The notes: generated by a model not told the origin, from the letters alone. A stretch of 62,399 bases of DNA, filler included, from Rhabdomonas costata (GCA_019059605.1; 31 parts of 31 records of this genome joined end to end with filler, not necessarily neighbours in it); one strand, 5' to 3'. Numbered from the whole stretch's first letter, positions 49,587 to 61,092 are shown. Numbers and translations: made by a program.

Positions 49587-52403
49587 TTGACCGATAAAAG
49601 CGAAACGTTTGTAACGAAAAAGCTGAGGGTGGGAGGGGCATGGGGTGTACGTTTCCTCCATCCAATGCTTCCACACACCGACACCCCCCTCTCCTCAGAA
49701 ATGAGGGCCGCCGCTGAACACAGACTGGTACCCAGGTACCTGATGCGCACCCCATTGATTCACGCCAAAATAGATACGGGCTCTCTACCACCATTTGACT
49801 CCAACATATATTAAGCTCACTATAATACTGTGCCTCTGCGAGGGTGCTCCAAGGGGAGCGGGTATGGGGTGGAGCGGTGTGGCAGCCCCGCCCCTACCGT
49901 TAAGGTATGGCAAGCAGTTCAGGAGCTTGGGCATTCCCAGACCAACAATGAAAAAATGAAACAGGACATGCTTTTTCCACTCCCCATTTTCAATGTTTGC
50001 AAAATGACAAAGCGGCGGCAGCATCCATCTCATCGGCAACAAGAGGACAGGAGGTATTTTGTTTTTGAAGGGCGACCTGAGTTAATAAAAGGATCCAAGT
50101 CACAAACTACCTTTGACCTTAAGAAGGCAATGCGGTGCTCTCAGAAAGTCCCAAACCAACAGACACACAATATAACAAGCGGGTGGCCAAGCGAGCTGTA
50201 CTAGGCCACAACAGCTGAAGTCATGGCGGGCCTCAATGCCGTTGCAAATCAGACGCATACAACCACCCAACCCAAACACACCCACCACNNNNNNNNNNNN
50301 NNNNNNNNNNNNNNNNNNNNNNNNNNNNNNNNTTAATTAATTAANNNNNNNNNNNNNNNNNNNNNNNNNNNNNNNNNNNNNNNNNNNNGGTGTGGGTGGG
50401 ATACCAGGTGCCCACAGTGTGGTTTGGCTGGGGAATAAGAAAAAGCCATGATTCCCAACAGAACACGGATGCTCCGTCAGTAGGTCGGTCGGTCTGTGGC
50501 TCCATTCCGATACAGAATATCCATGGAGCACAAACTCCCGGCTGAGGGTGTAAGGACTAGCACTTCAAGAGGTCTGCTGGAAAGACGTCAAGCCAGCTTC
50601 GGACGCGTCCCTTCCCGTGTCTTCTTTTCTCTGATCGCTTCTCTTTGGACTTGCCCGTGATTCCCAGCCATTCATGGAAGAAAAGAACAAACGTTAGCCA
50701 CCCCCTATCGTGTGGTTCCCTATGTGGCTCACAGGTGGGCGAGACCCGGGGAACGAAGCGCACCTTTGAGCAGCTGTAGCAGCGCTGAGCTGGCGGGGCT
50801 GTGCTGTGTTTCATTTACCCCCTTCCCCGGACGTGCGGTCGACATTGAACCGTGGTTTTTTTCTCGCGAAAACCCTTACTCTTGCACAAGACTCGGTTGG
50901 TTGATGATAGTGGTGCACTAAAACGTTGCTCGTTCTTCTACCATCCCTCATCAACATACACACTCACGCCAGAACGAACCAGAAGTGAATTTTCGGTTTT
51001 CACCTTTTGCCGAATCTCTTTTTGCACCTTTCTGAACCCTTGTGGGACGTTGGGCCATCCGACATCTGCAGTCCCCTGGCGCAGCTGCCGTCGTTCGTTG
51101 GGATGCATGTCATAGCCACTTTCCCAGACCGAAGTCACTGGCAGGAGAGTTCTTTACTGATCTTTGCGCCTGAGAGAAGCAGAGAAAGCATCGGTTCTCG
51201 TCCCGTGCACGCTTGAGTGAGACGAAAGAACAACTACCAGAAACGATGGGTGGTGGTCGGTTTTGGTCGCCCCCCCCCTTCCTACCAGATAAGTCGCCTC
51301 CGCCTTTCCCCTTTGGCCGCATGTCAGTCTGGAGGTGAGTGAAGAGGAAGGGGTGAGCGTGGGGTCTAATCCGAGCAATGGCTGCGAAGCTGCAGACCGT
51401 GGCGTTCTTTTTCCGCATCGACCGAGCCCCCACCGGGGAGTGGGTGTGCACTCTTTGACGCCATATTTCTGTTGACCCCCCCCCCTCCTCCGTCCCTCAC
51501 TAGGATTTCCGGTCGTTAGGTCGTGCGATACCGTTGTTTTTGGGCAGTTTTGACTAATTATGAGTGTGCACCCCGCGAAATTCCCACCGGTATGCAATAC
51601 CGAGATTGCGATGGACGTCGAGAAAGACGTCCTCTGTCGACCAATTACACCAATTACTCTTTACAGCGACTTGGGAGGCGCCTTCCATGGTAAGGAACTT
51701 GTAAAATTAAAGCTGAAAACTGGCCTTCCGTGATGCAAAAGACCCTAGGCCTGCTTCGGCATAGCCTTCTGTAAGAAACCGGTTGAGGTCTACCATTTTC
51801 ACTCAGGAGTTTCCGGACTGCTCTGCAATTCTGCAGCACTACAGGAAAGCAGGTTTCAGCACTCTCCATTTTATCTTTTCTCATCCCTTGGTGGGGTCAT
51901 CCCCTCCCGCCTCTCTCCCCCTCATTGGGGGCTTCGGAGTTGCAGCAAAGTAGCCGATTATCTTAATGATCTTGTCGTTGGGGAGAAGCTCTTCCCAGCT
52001 CATCAGGCACCACAGCACACTTTTCGGAAAAGAATCTTCAGCATACGAAGAATCCGTCCATCGTCCATCGTATACAAGGCTTGCTCAACGGCGCAGCAGC
52101 AGCCGTTGCAATTACCAGTTCGACACGCAAAGCTTCTGTGATAACCTCATGATAACCTCACGATATCGCCGTGGACACGTTAATTTAAATTACCAAAAAC
52201 CTGAAGCAAAACATGCTGAAACTCCTAGAATAACAGAAAAACAAAGACCTATTGAATTCACAAGCAGACTATCTCACGGTATCATTGTTCTTCAAAACCA
52301 ACANNNNNNNNNNNNNNNNNNNNNNNNNNNNNNNNNNNNNNNNNNNNTTAATTAATTAANNNNNNNNNNNNNNNNNNNNNNNNNNNNNNNNNNNNNNNNN
52401 NNN

Positions 52404-53322
52404 ACCACCTTCCAAAAGAGCATATGTGCCCACACCTCCGCGACTGAGTGCCTGCCGTAAAGCTTCTATCAGCCGCCGTCGTCAGCTGGTCAATTTATAT
52501 CGTGGCAAAAAAATTGTCGTGGAAAGTCGCTGGGGACCGAAGGCCAGGCCAGTCCTGCTGACAAGAAGAGAATATCCTTCGTGTGCATCCATTGCCAGGA
52601 AGCTGGCTTGTGCACATAATGTACAGGTTAGCTCTATGACTGTGCGGCGTGATCTGCGTTTTGCCGGTGCTACTGCTCGCCGACGGCCAAAGGCCGCTCG
52701 TCTGAGGATGGGAGATTGTAAGCAGAGACTGTTGTTTTGCAGACGAGTAAAGGCAGGTCTCAGCTGTACTGACCTTCTGTTCAGTGATGAGAAGTACTTT
52801 GACTGCAATGACCACGGTTGTGCTTGGGAGTGGGTTATGAAGAATGAGTCGGTGCAGCCGCTTGGTCGTGATCGGTGGGCACCAAAAGTTTCTGTATGGG
52901 GATTGATCGGAGTTGGGGTTAAAAAACTTGTGATCCTTCCACAAGGGACCTTAACTGCGGAAGGATACCGCGATCGCTGTCTGAATAAGTCCCTGGATGT
53001 TCTGAAAGGCAAGGTTCTGATGCATGACGGTGCGAGAGTGCACATGTCAAGCGTAGTTGGGGCTTACCTGAGCAAGAAGAAAGTTAAGGTTCTTGAGCAC
53101 TAGCCTCCGCGCTCCCCCGATCTGAATCCTATCGAGAATTTGTGGGGAATCCTTTCCCGCAAAGTGAGCGACTATGGACCAACAGACGAAAAAGAGCTAG
53201 TGAGGTTTGTGCGAAAAGCGTGGGATGAATACCCACAAAGTGAGGTTGATAAGCTCGTGCTGAGCTTTCAGCGCCGCGTTGTACAGTGCATTGCTAACAA
53301 AGGAAGAAAGGTGAATCTGTGA
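52404..53322 (+). CDS. Tc1/mariner-IS630 superfamily DD35E transposase, main part (in-frame TAG at 53101-53103)
   Basis: VSSMTVRRDL (HTH), LFSDEKYF (D1), VWGLIG, LMHDGARVH (D2), EH*PPRSPDLNPIENLWG (E, 35 residues after D2), SFQRRVVQCIANKG; ends TGA at 53322. Confidence 0.93.
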
Positions 53323-53521
53323 TGGTGATTACGTGCGTATATTTTGCAGAAGCTGGAACGGAGAGGTCTTTCTAAGCACAAGTGTAAGGTTATGCGATAG
53401 TTTGTGACGAATAGATTTTGGGTGTGTGGATTGCACGCCGAAGGCGCGGAAATTTTTTTATGAATTGGCCCTTTTAGATTCGTCTTGTCTTTGCCTGCTG
53501 TGTTTTTGTTATACATGTGAC

Positions 53522-53983
53522 ATGCCCAACAACTCGCTCCGCCATGAATGGGGGAGTCAGCCTACCAGTGGTAGAGATAACCGCACTACCAATCGGCGCT
53601 GGAGTAAGGACCGCAAAAGAGGCAGGCCTGCTCAATCTGGTGCGGAGCGCATGAGGAAGCTGAGGCTTAAAAAGACCCGTGTGCAGCTGCGAATTGAGAC
53701 TGCAGTCCTCTTTGCCCGCCGTGAAATTAAGGCAGGACGGTTACCTGCTCGCCGCAATCCCAAAAAGCATGTGTTGAAGTCAGGGCAGCACGTTCGGTAC
53801 TGCCCCCTTGGGTATGATGAGCCTGTGCTGAGAGGCACTGTAGTGAAACTTTTTCAGTCGCCCGCCGATCGTAAATCGCAGTTTGCGTGCAAGCTTGTGA
53901 TTGTGCAGCGTGATCGGAAGGACCTGGAAAGGGACAAGCGTCTGTCGAAGCTTGTTGCTCTCCCTCCTGCAAATGTATACTGA
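53522..53983 (+). CDS. Uncharacterized 153-aa basic protein (AT-hook-like KRGRP; C-terminal SH3/KOW/Tudor-like segment)
   Basis: Intact intronless ATG-TGA ORF filling the non-transposase part of the unit. R/K-rich. Motifs RKRGRP..SGAERMRKLR and LKSGQHVRY...V.RGTVVKL. Confidence 0.7.
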   Translation: MPNNSLRHEWGSQPTSGRDNRTTNRRWSKDRKRGRPAQSGAERMRKLRLKKTRVQLRIETAVLFARREIKAGRLPARRNPKKHVLKSGQHVRYCPLGYDEPVLRGTVVKLFQSPADRKSQFACKLVIVQRDRKDLERDKRLSKLVALPPANVY

Positions 53984-54069
53984 TGTGCTTCTACTGACTG
54001 GTTTATCTGCAGCGTCACAGCTTTTTTGTTCGTCCAATGCCTGTTTCTTATGCATGCCCAAAGGGCAGA

Positions 54070-54318
54070 ATGACCGATGTCGGATTTTATCTGTGTCATG
54101 AATGGCACCGGCAGGGTAGAACAATCAATCGCATCGCTAAGGATTTAAAGGTTGCCTGGGATACGGTTCGCCATCATCTTCGGCAATCAAAACCACCTTC
54201 CAAAAGAGCATATGTGCCCACACCTCCGCGACTGAGTGCCTGCCGTAAAGCTTCTATCAGCCGCCGTCGTCAGCTGGTCAATTTATATCGTGGCAAAAAA
54301 ATTGTCGTGGAAAGTCGC
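54070..54318 (+). CDS. N-terminus of the same transposase (first HTH); continues at 52404 via the terminal overlap
   Basis: MTDV...WHRQGRTINRIAKDLKVAWDTVRHHL is a paired-like HTH, in frame with the 52426 ORF through the repeat. Full length ~346 codons. Confidence 0.88.
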
Positions 54319-54418
54319 NNNNNNNNNNNNNNNNNNNNNNNNNNNNNNNNNNNNNNNNNNNNTTAATTAATTAANNNNNNNNNNNNNNNNNNNNNNNNNN
54401 NNNNNNNNNNNNNNNNNN

Positions 54419-56333
54419 CGCGCATGGGCCCACACAGCGGTCCGTCGAAAGACACTGACACAAAAAATTTACATTCCTGTATTTCTCCAAGGCTCGCTTC
54501 ATCTATCTGATGACGCGGCAACGCGTCCGCTGCAACATTTAGCCTTCCAGGAACATCAGAAATCTTCAGAGTATATCTCTGCACCTTTTCTAGACATCTA
54601 ACGTGTCTTGGAGACGGTATATGTTTCTTCTTTAGGTAACTCAACGCTGAGTTATATGTGTTCAATATAACTTCTGCTCCCAACAATAATGCATCCACTC
54701 CTCCAGTGTATCCACCAACCCTAACATTTCCTTCTCGTGGACCTGGTAATTCTTTTCTGCCGCAGACATTTTTCTCGACCGGAACGCCACAAAGTGTAAC
54801 TTCCCGTCGTCACCTTCCTGCGACAGTGCGTCTCCAATACCCACTTCTGAAGCATTGTTTTAAAGCACCATCGGCTTCCGAAAGTCTGGTATTACAGAAC
54901 AATATGCTTTAGCAGTCTGTCCTTTAGCCTCTAAAACACAGTCCACTTCGCTTCACTCCAAACCCATTCTCTTTTATTTTTAATCAGGTCCTTCAAGGGT
55001 GCTGCCGCTGTGGTGTAGTACTTCACTAAATTCTGGTAAAATCTACACAGTCCTAAGAAGCTTTTCACGTCCACCGGGTTCTTCAGCTGCGCCACTTATA
55101 TGTACATGAGCTTTCCATGAGGCTGTTGCCTGATTCCATTCCTTCCCACAATGAAACCACAGTACTCTACCTCTGACTGAGCAAACGCCCATTTGTACAG
55201 ATTTTCATATAGCTTTTCTTTATCCAACCTCTGTTATAGCACTTGCAAAGCCTCGAATGAAATCAATGGTCAGCTGAAATGTCACTGGGGCGTTACACAC
55301 GGCGAACTGCATCACCAAAATCTGGTAGTATCTGTACTTTGTCTTAAATGCCATCCGCTCCACATGATCTGTGTGCATCATAATCTGGTGAAATCCTGCC
55401 TGCAATTCTAACTTTAAAAACCATTTAGCTTTGACCGAGTGATCAATCATCTCGTCTATCCGTAGCATTTGGTACAAATCCGTGACATTAATTGCTTTTA
55501 GCTGTCTGTAGTCCACACACAGTTTCAATTTACCGTTGACTTTTGGCACGAAACGCACTCCAGCTCCGTAAGAAGAGGTTTCTGTCTCTATGAAACAGAG
55601 CTCCTGCAAATTTTTTGGGGTCTCTGGCCTTTCCGCTGTCTCGCTCTGCCTCCAACACTCCAGTGGTGGGACAAGTGATACGGAAAGAATCTATAACTGG
55701 TAACGTCTGAATCTCATATATCCATCCGCTTCTCCACACTTTAACAAAACGAAGTTTCCAATCAAATTGGTGTTGTAGCCGGATCACGAACGGGTATCCA
55801 AGAACCACAGGGATCGCCGTATCTATCACACTCAAGTATAACTTTACAGGCATTACACACAGCATTCCACCGATCCTCACGAAATGAGTCACAGGGAGTC
55901 CTTCAACATTGTTCAATATTACTGCGAGATTCTGATGAAGCGGGAACAGCTGTAGCCTCAAACGCTGCACCACCTCTCCATTATAAAGGAGTCCAACAGA
56001 GCTCTCAATTTGATAGTGCCAACCCACAAAGGCAGAAACAATAGCGGCTGGTGGGATGGGGTCTGGTGGAGTACCGACAAACCCATCCCCTTCTTTGCCC
56101 ACTTTTTGGAAGGGCAGCACAAAAAGTGGTACTGGGCAACTTCACTTGCCACGGCCGATGTTGCTGACGGCTACCTCCTGCCGTTATTCTAACAAGTCCT
56201 CAGATAAAGCATTCTCCGAAATATGTTCTATCACAACACTCAACACACAAAGCAGCGCTTTATATTGAGTAAAAGAGTCAGACCGTTCACTCGAGAACTT
56301 ACATTTGGAACTTCCATCACTACCATCTGTTAT
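54419..56333 (-). mobile_element. pol: Degenerate Ty3/gypsy pol (protease-RT-RNase H)
   Basis: RALLDS (protease); YGAGVRFVPK.NGKLKLCVDYRQL, GFHQI, AFKT, MQFAVCNAPVTFQ (RT); GIGDALSQ..VAFRSRKMSAAEKNY.VHEKEML, G..NVAADAL (RNase H); multiple frameshifts. Confidence 0.92.
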
Positions 56334-57351
56334 NNNNNNNNNNNNNNNNNNNNNNNNNNNNNNNNNNNNNNNNNNNNTTAATTAATTAANNNNNNNNNNN
56401 NNNNNNNNNNNNNNNNNNNNNNNNNNNNNNNNNTTTTTTGTTGCAGCATTGGTTCTTCCTTCGTGCTTTGTCGTGGTTCTTGTTTTGTGTTTTTTTTTTG
56501 CCTCCCTTGCTTATTCTGTCCTTTTCAGTGTTTCCTTGTATCTGTATGTGCCTTGCTTTACACCCTGGTCTTCGTGTGGTTGCGGTGCAGCGGTGATTCA
56601 TTCGGCTTTCAGGACCTTGGTCCTCCCTCTCCTGTCCTCCAGGGCGAAGCCGGTGCAATGCCTCACGTAAACGTGTCTGTGGAGCACTGGCTCAAGCCAC
56701 TCTGTGGCTGGCACAAAGTTGCCGACAGAAAAATGAATACTCGAAGTCAAAGTCGCGTTTGGTCGGCACGTTCACGAAATCTCACGACATATTCTCTATC
56801 TTCCTATTGTTTCGCCTATTTTCGAAGGTGGACCAGCTGTGCTCCTAAAACATTTGCGTAAGAAAAATCTGGAACCAAATCAAACACAAAATTCGAACGA
56901 AAACACAGAGAAGAAATTAGAAAAAAAACACGATTGGACAGAATGCGAAACGCGACAAAGAATGGCTTCCATCCCAGGCAATGCCAGCTCAAGGTGAAGG
57001 ATTTCGCCCTCTTTTTCCATACCTTAACGAAGAACGGGATTATGCCAAAAAAAACTTTTGTGTTTTGAGAGGTTGGTCGCACCTTAGAGCCTCAATGTGC
57101 GGTTTTTAAATCGGATCTTTGGGCCAGAACGTACCTTTTTTTTTTGCCTCTGAAAGAGGTTAAAATAGTGTCGTCTGTGGTTGTTTGCACCTGCTGCTCA
57201 TGCTACACCCTTTTAGTTACTTTTCACGTTGCCTTTTGGTGCTTCTTTTTTATTGGGGCTTTAGATGCCAACCCTTTTGCGTTAGGGTACACCTTCGTCG
57301 CAAGAAAGGACCCTGTTTTCCATTTTGATTCGCTCTGTTTTTGTGGTGCTA

Positions 57352-57823
57352 ATGCTTTTTCTGCTGAGTCTCGTGCTTGCCTTGAGCACGGGAATGCTGG
57401 AGGGCACTGTGATCCGTCTTGCCACTGTGCTAACGACGCCGCTGCAGCCCTTCAGTAGCTCCGGTGAGGCTTGCAACAACATCACCAGCTGTGTGGGAGG
57501 GTTCCCCATAGTCAGCGCGTTCCTGCGTGACAGCGCTTCCACTCACTCGCAGGTGTGCCTTTTGATTTTTGTTGAAATGTGTGCGCGCACATTGGCACAA
57601 GGGCAATACAGCGAGGGGAACGTGCCATTTGCTTTATTTTCTTTTCAGTATTCCTTTGCGAAGCTGCCACTGTTCCTTAATTTTGACTTTCGCTTTGCTG
57701 GCGGTTTGTCCAGACAACTGTGTTGTGGGTTGACACCTCGTCGAAGCTGGTCGAGTTCCACCCGCTGGGCCTCGCGTTCAACCTGGAGGCTTGGCGGCGC
57801 GCGAGCAATATTGGACTCTGTGG
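57352..57823 (+). CDS. Signal-peptide protein with a degenerate 5'-nucleotidase/metallophosphoesterase-like N-terminal domain; exons 57352-57552, 57714-57823
   Basis: Hydrophobic leader, then ..LQPF....AC....CVGGF.IV..FL|TTVLWVD, resembling the 5'-nucleotidase C...GG..R and LLLD region without the metal ligands. Confidence 0.4.
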
Positions 57824-58143
57824 GTATTTGTTTGTTTGATTGTGCGGCTACTTTGGAGTGCTGTTTGTCCTGAATTTGCAAGTGCCATGAATAGGGCTTG
57901 TCAAAGTTTTCACTGTAGAAGGCAATCACGGAAAATATGCAGTTGAAGATATTGTGCCGCTTGATTTTTATCCCAAAGATGAATGTGGTGCCAGCTGACT
58001 CTTCTCTTCCAGGAAGGCGGACGGTTTGCAATTTCTGGACCAAGAATTTTGCTGCTTGGAAACGCAACATGCACAATTATTTCCGTTGCCCTTGGTTGGA
58101 AAAAGTGTGACACCTTTTGGGACTCACATGGGTTTAGGAGGAA

Positions 58144-58238
58144 AAACGAAACGAAACGAAACGAAACGAAACGAAACGAAACGAAACGAAACGAAACGAA
58201 ACGAAACGAAACGAAACGAAACGAAACGAAACGAAACG
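58144..58238 (+). repeat. (AAACG)n pentanucleotide microsatellite, ~19 units
   Basis: Directly visible perfect tandem. Confidence 0.97.
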
Positions 58239-58597
58239 AGGAACAAACGTGTGGTTTAGTAATCACACCCAAGCAGAAAATGTCCGTACGTCTTTTTCTT
58301 TGAATTTTGCGCCTTTTTCCTGCAAAGTAAAGTTTCGACGTTTAAAGGNNNNNNNNNNNNNNNNNNNNNNNNNNNNNNNNNNNNNNNNNNNNTTAATTAA
58401 TTAANNNNNNNNNNNNNNNNNNNNNNNNNNNNNNNNNNNNNNNNNNNNGGTGTGTGGAAGAGTGGAGAGCGGCAAGAGAAGCAGCCCCTGCTGCCCAAAC
58501 GAAGAAGCGAATTTGCAAAGCGAATGTTCTCCCGGTCACAGTGAGAGGGCGCGGGCACAGGAGCAAAAATGTATGAGCCCTTACCACAACCTCTCAA

Positions 58598-58599
<2 letters not shown>

Positions 58600-58636
<37 letters not shown>
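58600..58636 (+). repeat. (TG)n microsatellite
   Basis: Directly visible. Confidence 0.95.
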
Positions 58637-58639
<3 letters not shown>

Positions 58640-60177
58640 AGATCACCCGAGCCGTGTGCCCGACAAAGAGCTTCGCGATGAGTGAGAGAAAGATCTGCCC
58701 CCACGATGTACGCGGAGGAAAGTGCCCCCCAAAATGCTTTGAGAGAGGAATCATCCCATCCTGCACCGCCAAAGTGAGAAGCGGAAGTGCACACGCACTC
58801 TGGTGACAACGGAGCCTCGGTAGCGTGCCCGCCGAAGGATTACTCAGACGTACTCGTACTTGTATCCAGCAGCAATGAACCAAGTAAGCACGAGAAAAAG
58901 AAAAAGAACACGGCGAGACAAACATGACACAATGCATTAAGTCTCCGGTCACTCGAAGCAGGACGTCTTCGGGGAAGGGTCCTCCGACTGCGTCGTACAT
59001 TCCCAGGAGAGATTATGGGTCTGCGGCACGCTCCCCTCTCTGCCCAGCTGGGGCGGAGGTAGTGTGGTACGGCAACTCCAAGGCGTCCATCAGTTCCGAG
59101 TGCGGGGCCTTCCACTTCACACCGCACTCAAAGCAAAGCATGTGGTCCACACCCTGGAACCGCAACACGACAACTGTGAAGTATTGTGTGTGTGTGTGGG
59201 GGTACCCGGTACCGGTGGTGGGCGTGTTCCACGGCACCCGTGGTCGCCTGTTGAAGGTGAAGGAATCACTGATTCAGACAGTGATTCGCAGGGGGCAACC
59301 TGGGGTTTCAATAGCAGCGGCATATTATTCTAGCCCCGCAGAGCTCCGAGGCCCAAGATCCTGAGCTCGGCTACTTATTGCTCGGCTACTTATTGTTTTT
59401 CGGCTAACCAATCCAAACGCGCACCCCCAGACCATTTACCTTAAAAGGCCCAAAAATGCACCCATCAAGATGCCATAACTGCGTGTTGAGAGAGTAAACT
59501 CGACTCTCTCAGGAGTACAACCATCCCACCAAGTATGGGCCCCAACCGGCCAGTCTGGCTCAAGTTATGATCCCGGTGCCAGGTCCTTCGGCTCCAGCTC
59601 CTTCTCCGGTCCCAGCGGGGCCAATTTCGGAAGTCACTCGGCAAATAGGGGGAAGATTTGATCGGAAGCAAGTTTCATGGGTGACCCCGGCGATTGGTGA
59701 TTATTACAGGTCAGGAGGCCAGCAGAATAGAATGGATGGGTGCAGCTGGAGGACCCCCCCCCAGAGCGACAAAAAAAATTCATGTGATGCCAAGACCCAA
59801 GGGATTGGAAACCTTCATATTTCCAGCCATGCTTCCCATGATCTTCCTGATACAAGTCCTTTCGATTGTCTTTCAACCACTTGCTCACTGATGGCACACA
59901 CAGAGAGAGAGAACGAACTTTCACCAACACACTACAATACTACAATAAATTCACAAGCTGACTTGTAAGCTTTCGAAGTTTCAGAGGGTCTGAAGCTAAG
60001 TGCATGTGTGTGCGTGCGGGTACCTGGCCAAAATTGCAAATTCAAGATATGTGCACGCTACTGCAACAGTTCGAATGTCGGGAAACATCCTTTGACCTCA
60101 CCTGATAGTTAAGCAGTTGTCGCGCACCCCCCCCCCGCCTTCTCTCATCACTTCAGCTCACTTCATGGCCAGTCTGT

Positions 60178-60178
<1 letters not shown>

Positions 60179-60216
<38 letters not shown>
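60179..60216 (+). repeat. (AC)n microsatellite
   Basis: Directly visible. Confidence 0.95.
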
Positions 60217-60218
<2 letters not shown>

Positions 60219-61092
60219 CCAGCACTGGGAGGGAAGACTGCGCCTCTCGGACACCTTCTTCGTTCGAAGTCTCTTCCAGTGATCCACGTGCTGACAAAGG
60301 GCACCCATTGCTGCGAAGTCCACAATCCCCGGAGGGAGAAGCCCTCCCCCACTCCCGTAGCCCCGCAAGTCCGAACACCCCAACNNNNNNNNNNNNNNNN
60401 NNNNNNNNNNNNNNNNNNNNNNNNNNNNTTAATTAATTAANNNNNNNNNNNNNNNNNNNNNNNNNNNNNNNNNNNNNNNNNNNNGGTTGTGGTGGATCTC
60501 GATCATGGCCACGATGCACCGCACGCTCCACTGCCCATCCTTGGGGTGACGTCCGAGGTTGAGCTCCCGGAGAGCCTCCCGAGGATTGTTAGAATATCTG
60601 TGCCATCATGACAAGAACGAAGTTTACATGGCAAACACGCCATACCATAACATCACAGCCCTAGTGTGTGCGTACCCATGGCCGTTTCTTTGGCTGAATG
60701 CAATTAAGAAACCAACGCACAGATCTGTCAAGGCTGGTTGTACAATCCCCTAAGGAATGCTAGCACCGTTCATTGCCTGCAATGTTCATGCGCCTACATT
60801 CCTAATTAATTATGTTTCCGGGTGGGGCGGCAGGGATGCCATGCATTCGGGGTGAAACATGCAAAGCGCTTTTAAACTAACGACCCACTAGTATCTCGTT
60901 CAATGATTTTCAGTAGTAAAATGGGAACCGACATGGAGAGGTTTCACAGCATCTTGAGACCAGTGAGATACAACTGTTCAACACCTCACTCTCACCCCCC
61001 CAAAAATAAATAGCACCATTTTTTATCGTTTTTTACCTGATGTGCATGCATCAATGAGGCGCGTGTAGGACAGGCCGGTCTATCAAACAGAC

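Larger units (their letters stand above)
52404..54318 (+). mobile_element. 1788-bp circular or tandemly repeated Tc1/IS630-type element with two co-oriented ORFs
   Basis: 52404-52530 is identical to 54192-54318 (127-bp terminal overlap). The transposase frame reads continuously across the junction. Confidence 0.9.

Noticed and set aside
53282-53842. TACAGTGC (~53282) and GCACTGTA (~53835) as Tc1-type TIR ends
   Set aside because: Only 8 bp match, both lie inside coding sequence, and they would not enclose the transposase.
53426-53983. ORF2 as a Fanzor/TnpB RNA-guided nuclease linked to the IS630/Tc1 transposase
   Set aside because: No RuvC D-E-D motifs or zinc finger, and only ~150 aa.
54054-54072. 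Out-of-frame ATG CCC AAA GGG (MPKG) with a CCCAAAG slippery heptamer upstream of the transposase
   Set aside because: Entering the transposase frame would need +1, not the -1 this heptamer promotes. An in-frame ATG exists at 54070. It may be a 1-nt indel.
57910-58303. ORFs with NETKR / FRFVS repeats
   Set aside because: These are translations of the (AAACG)n microsatellite.
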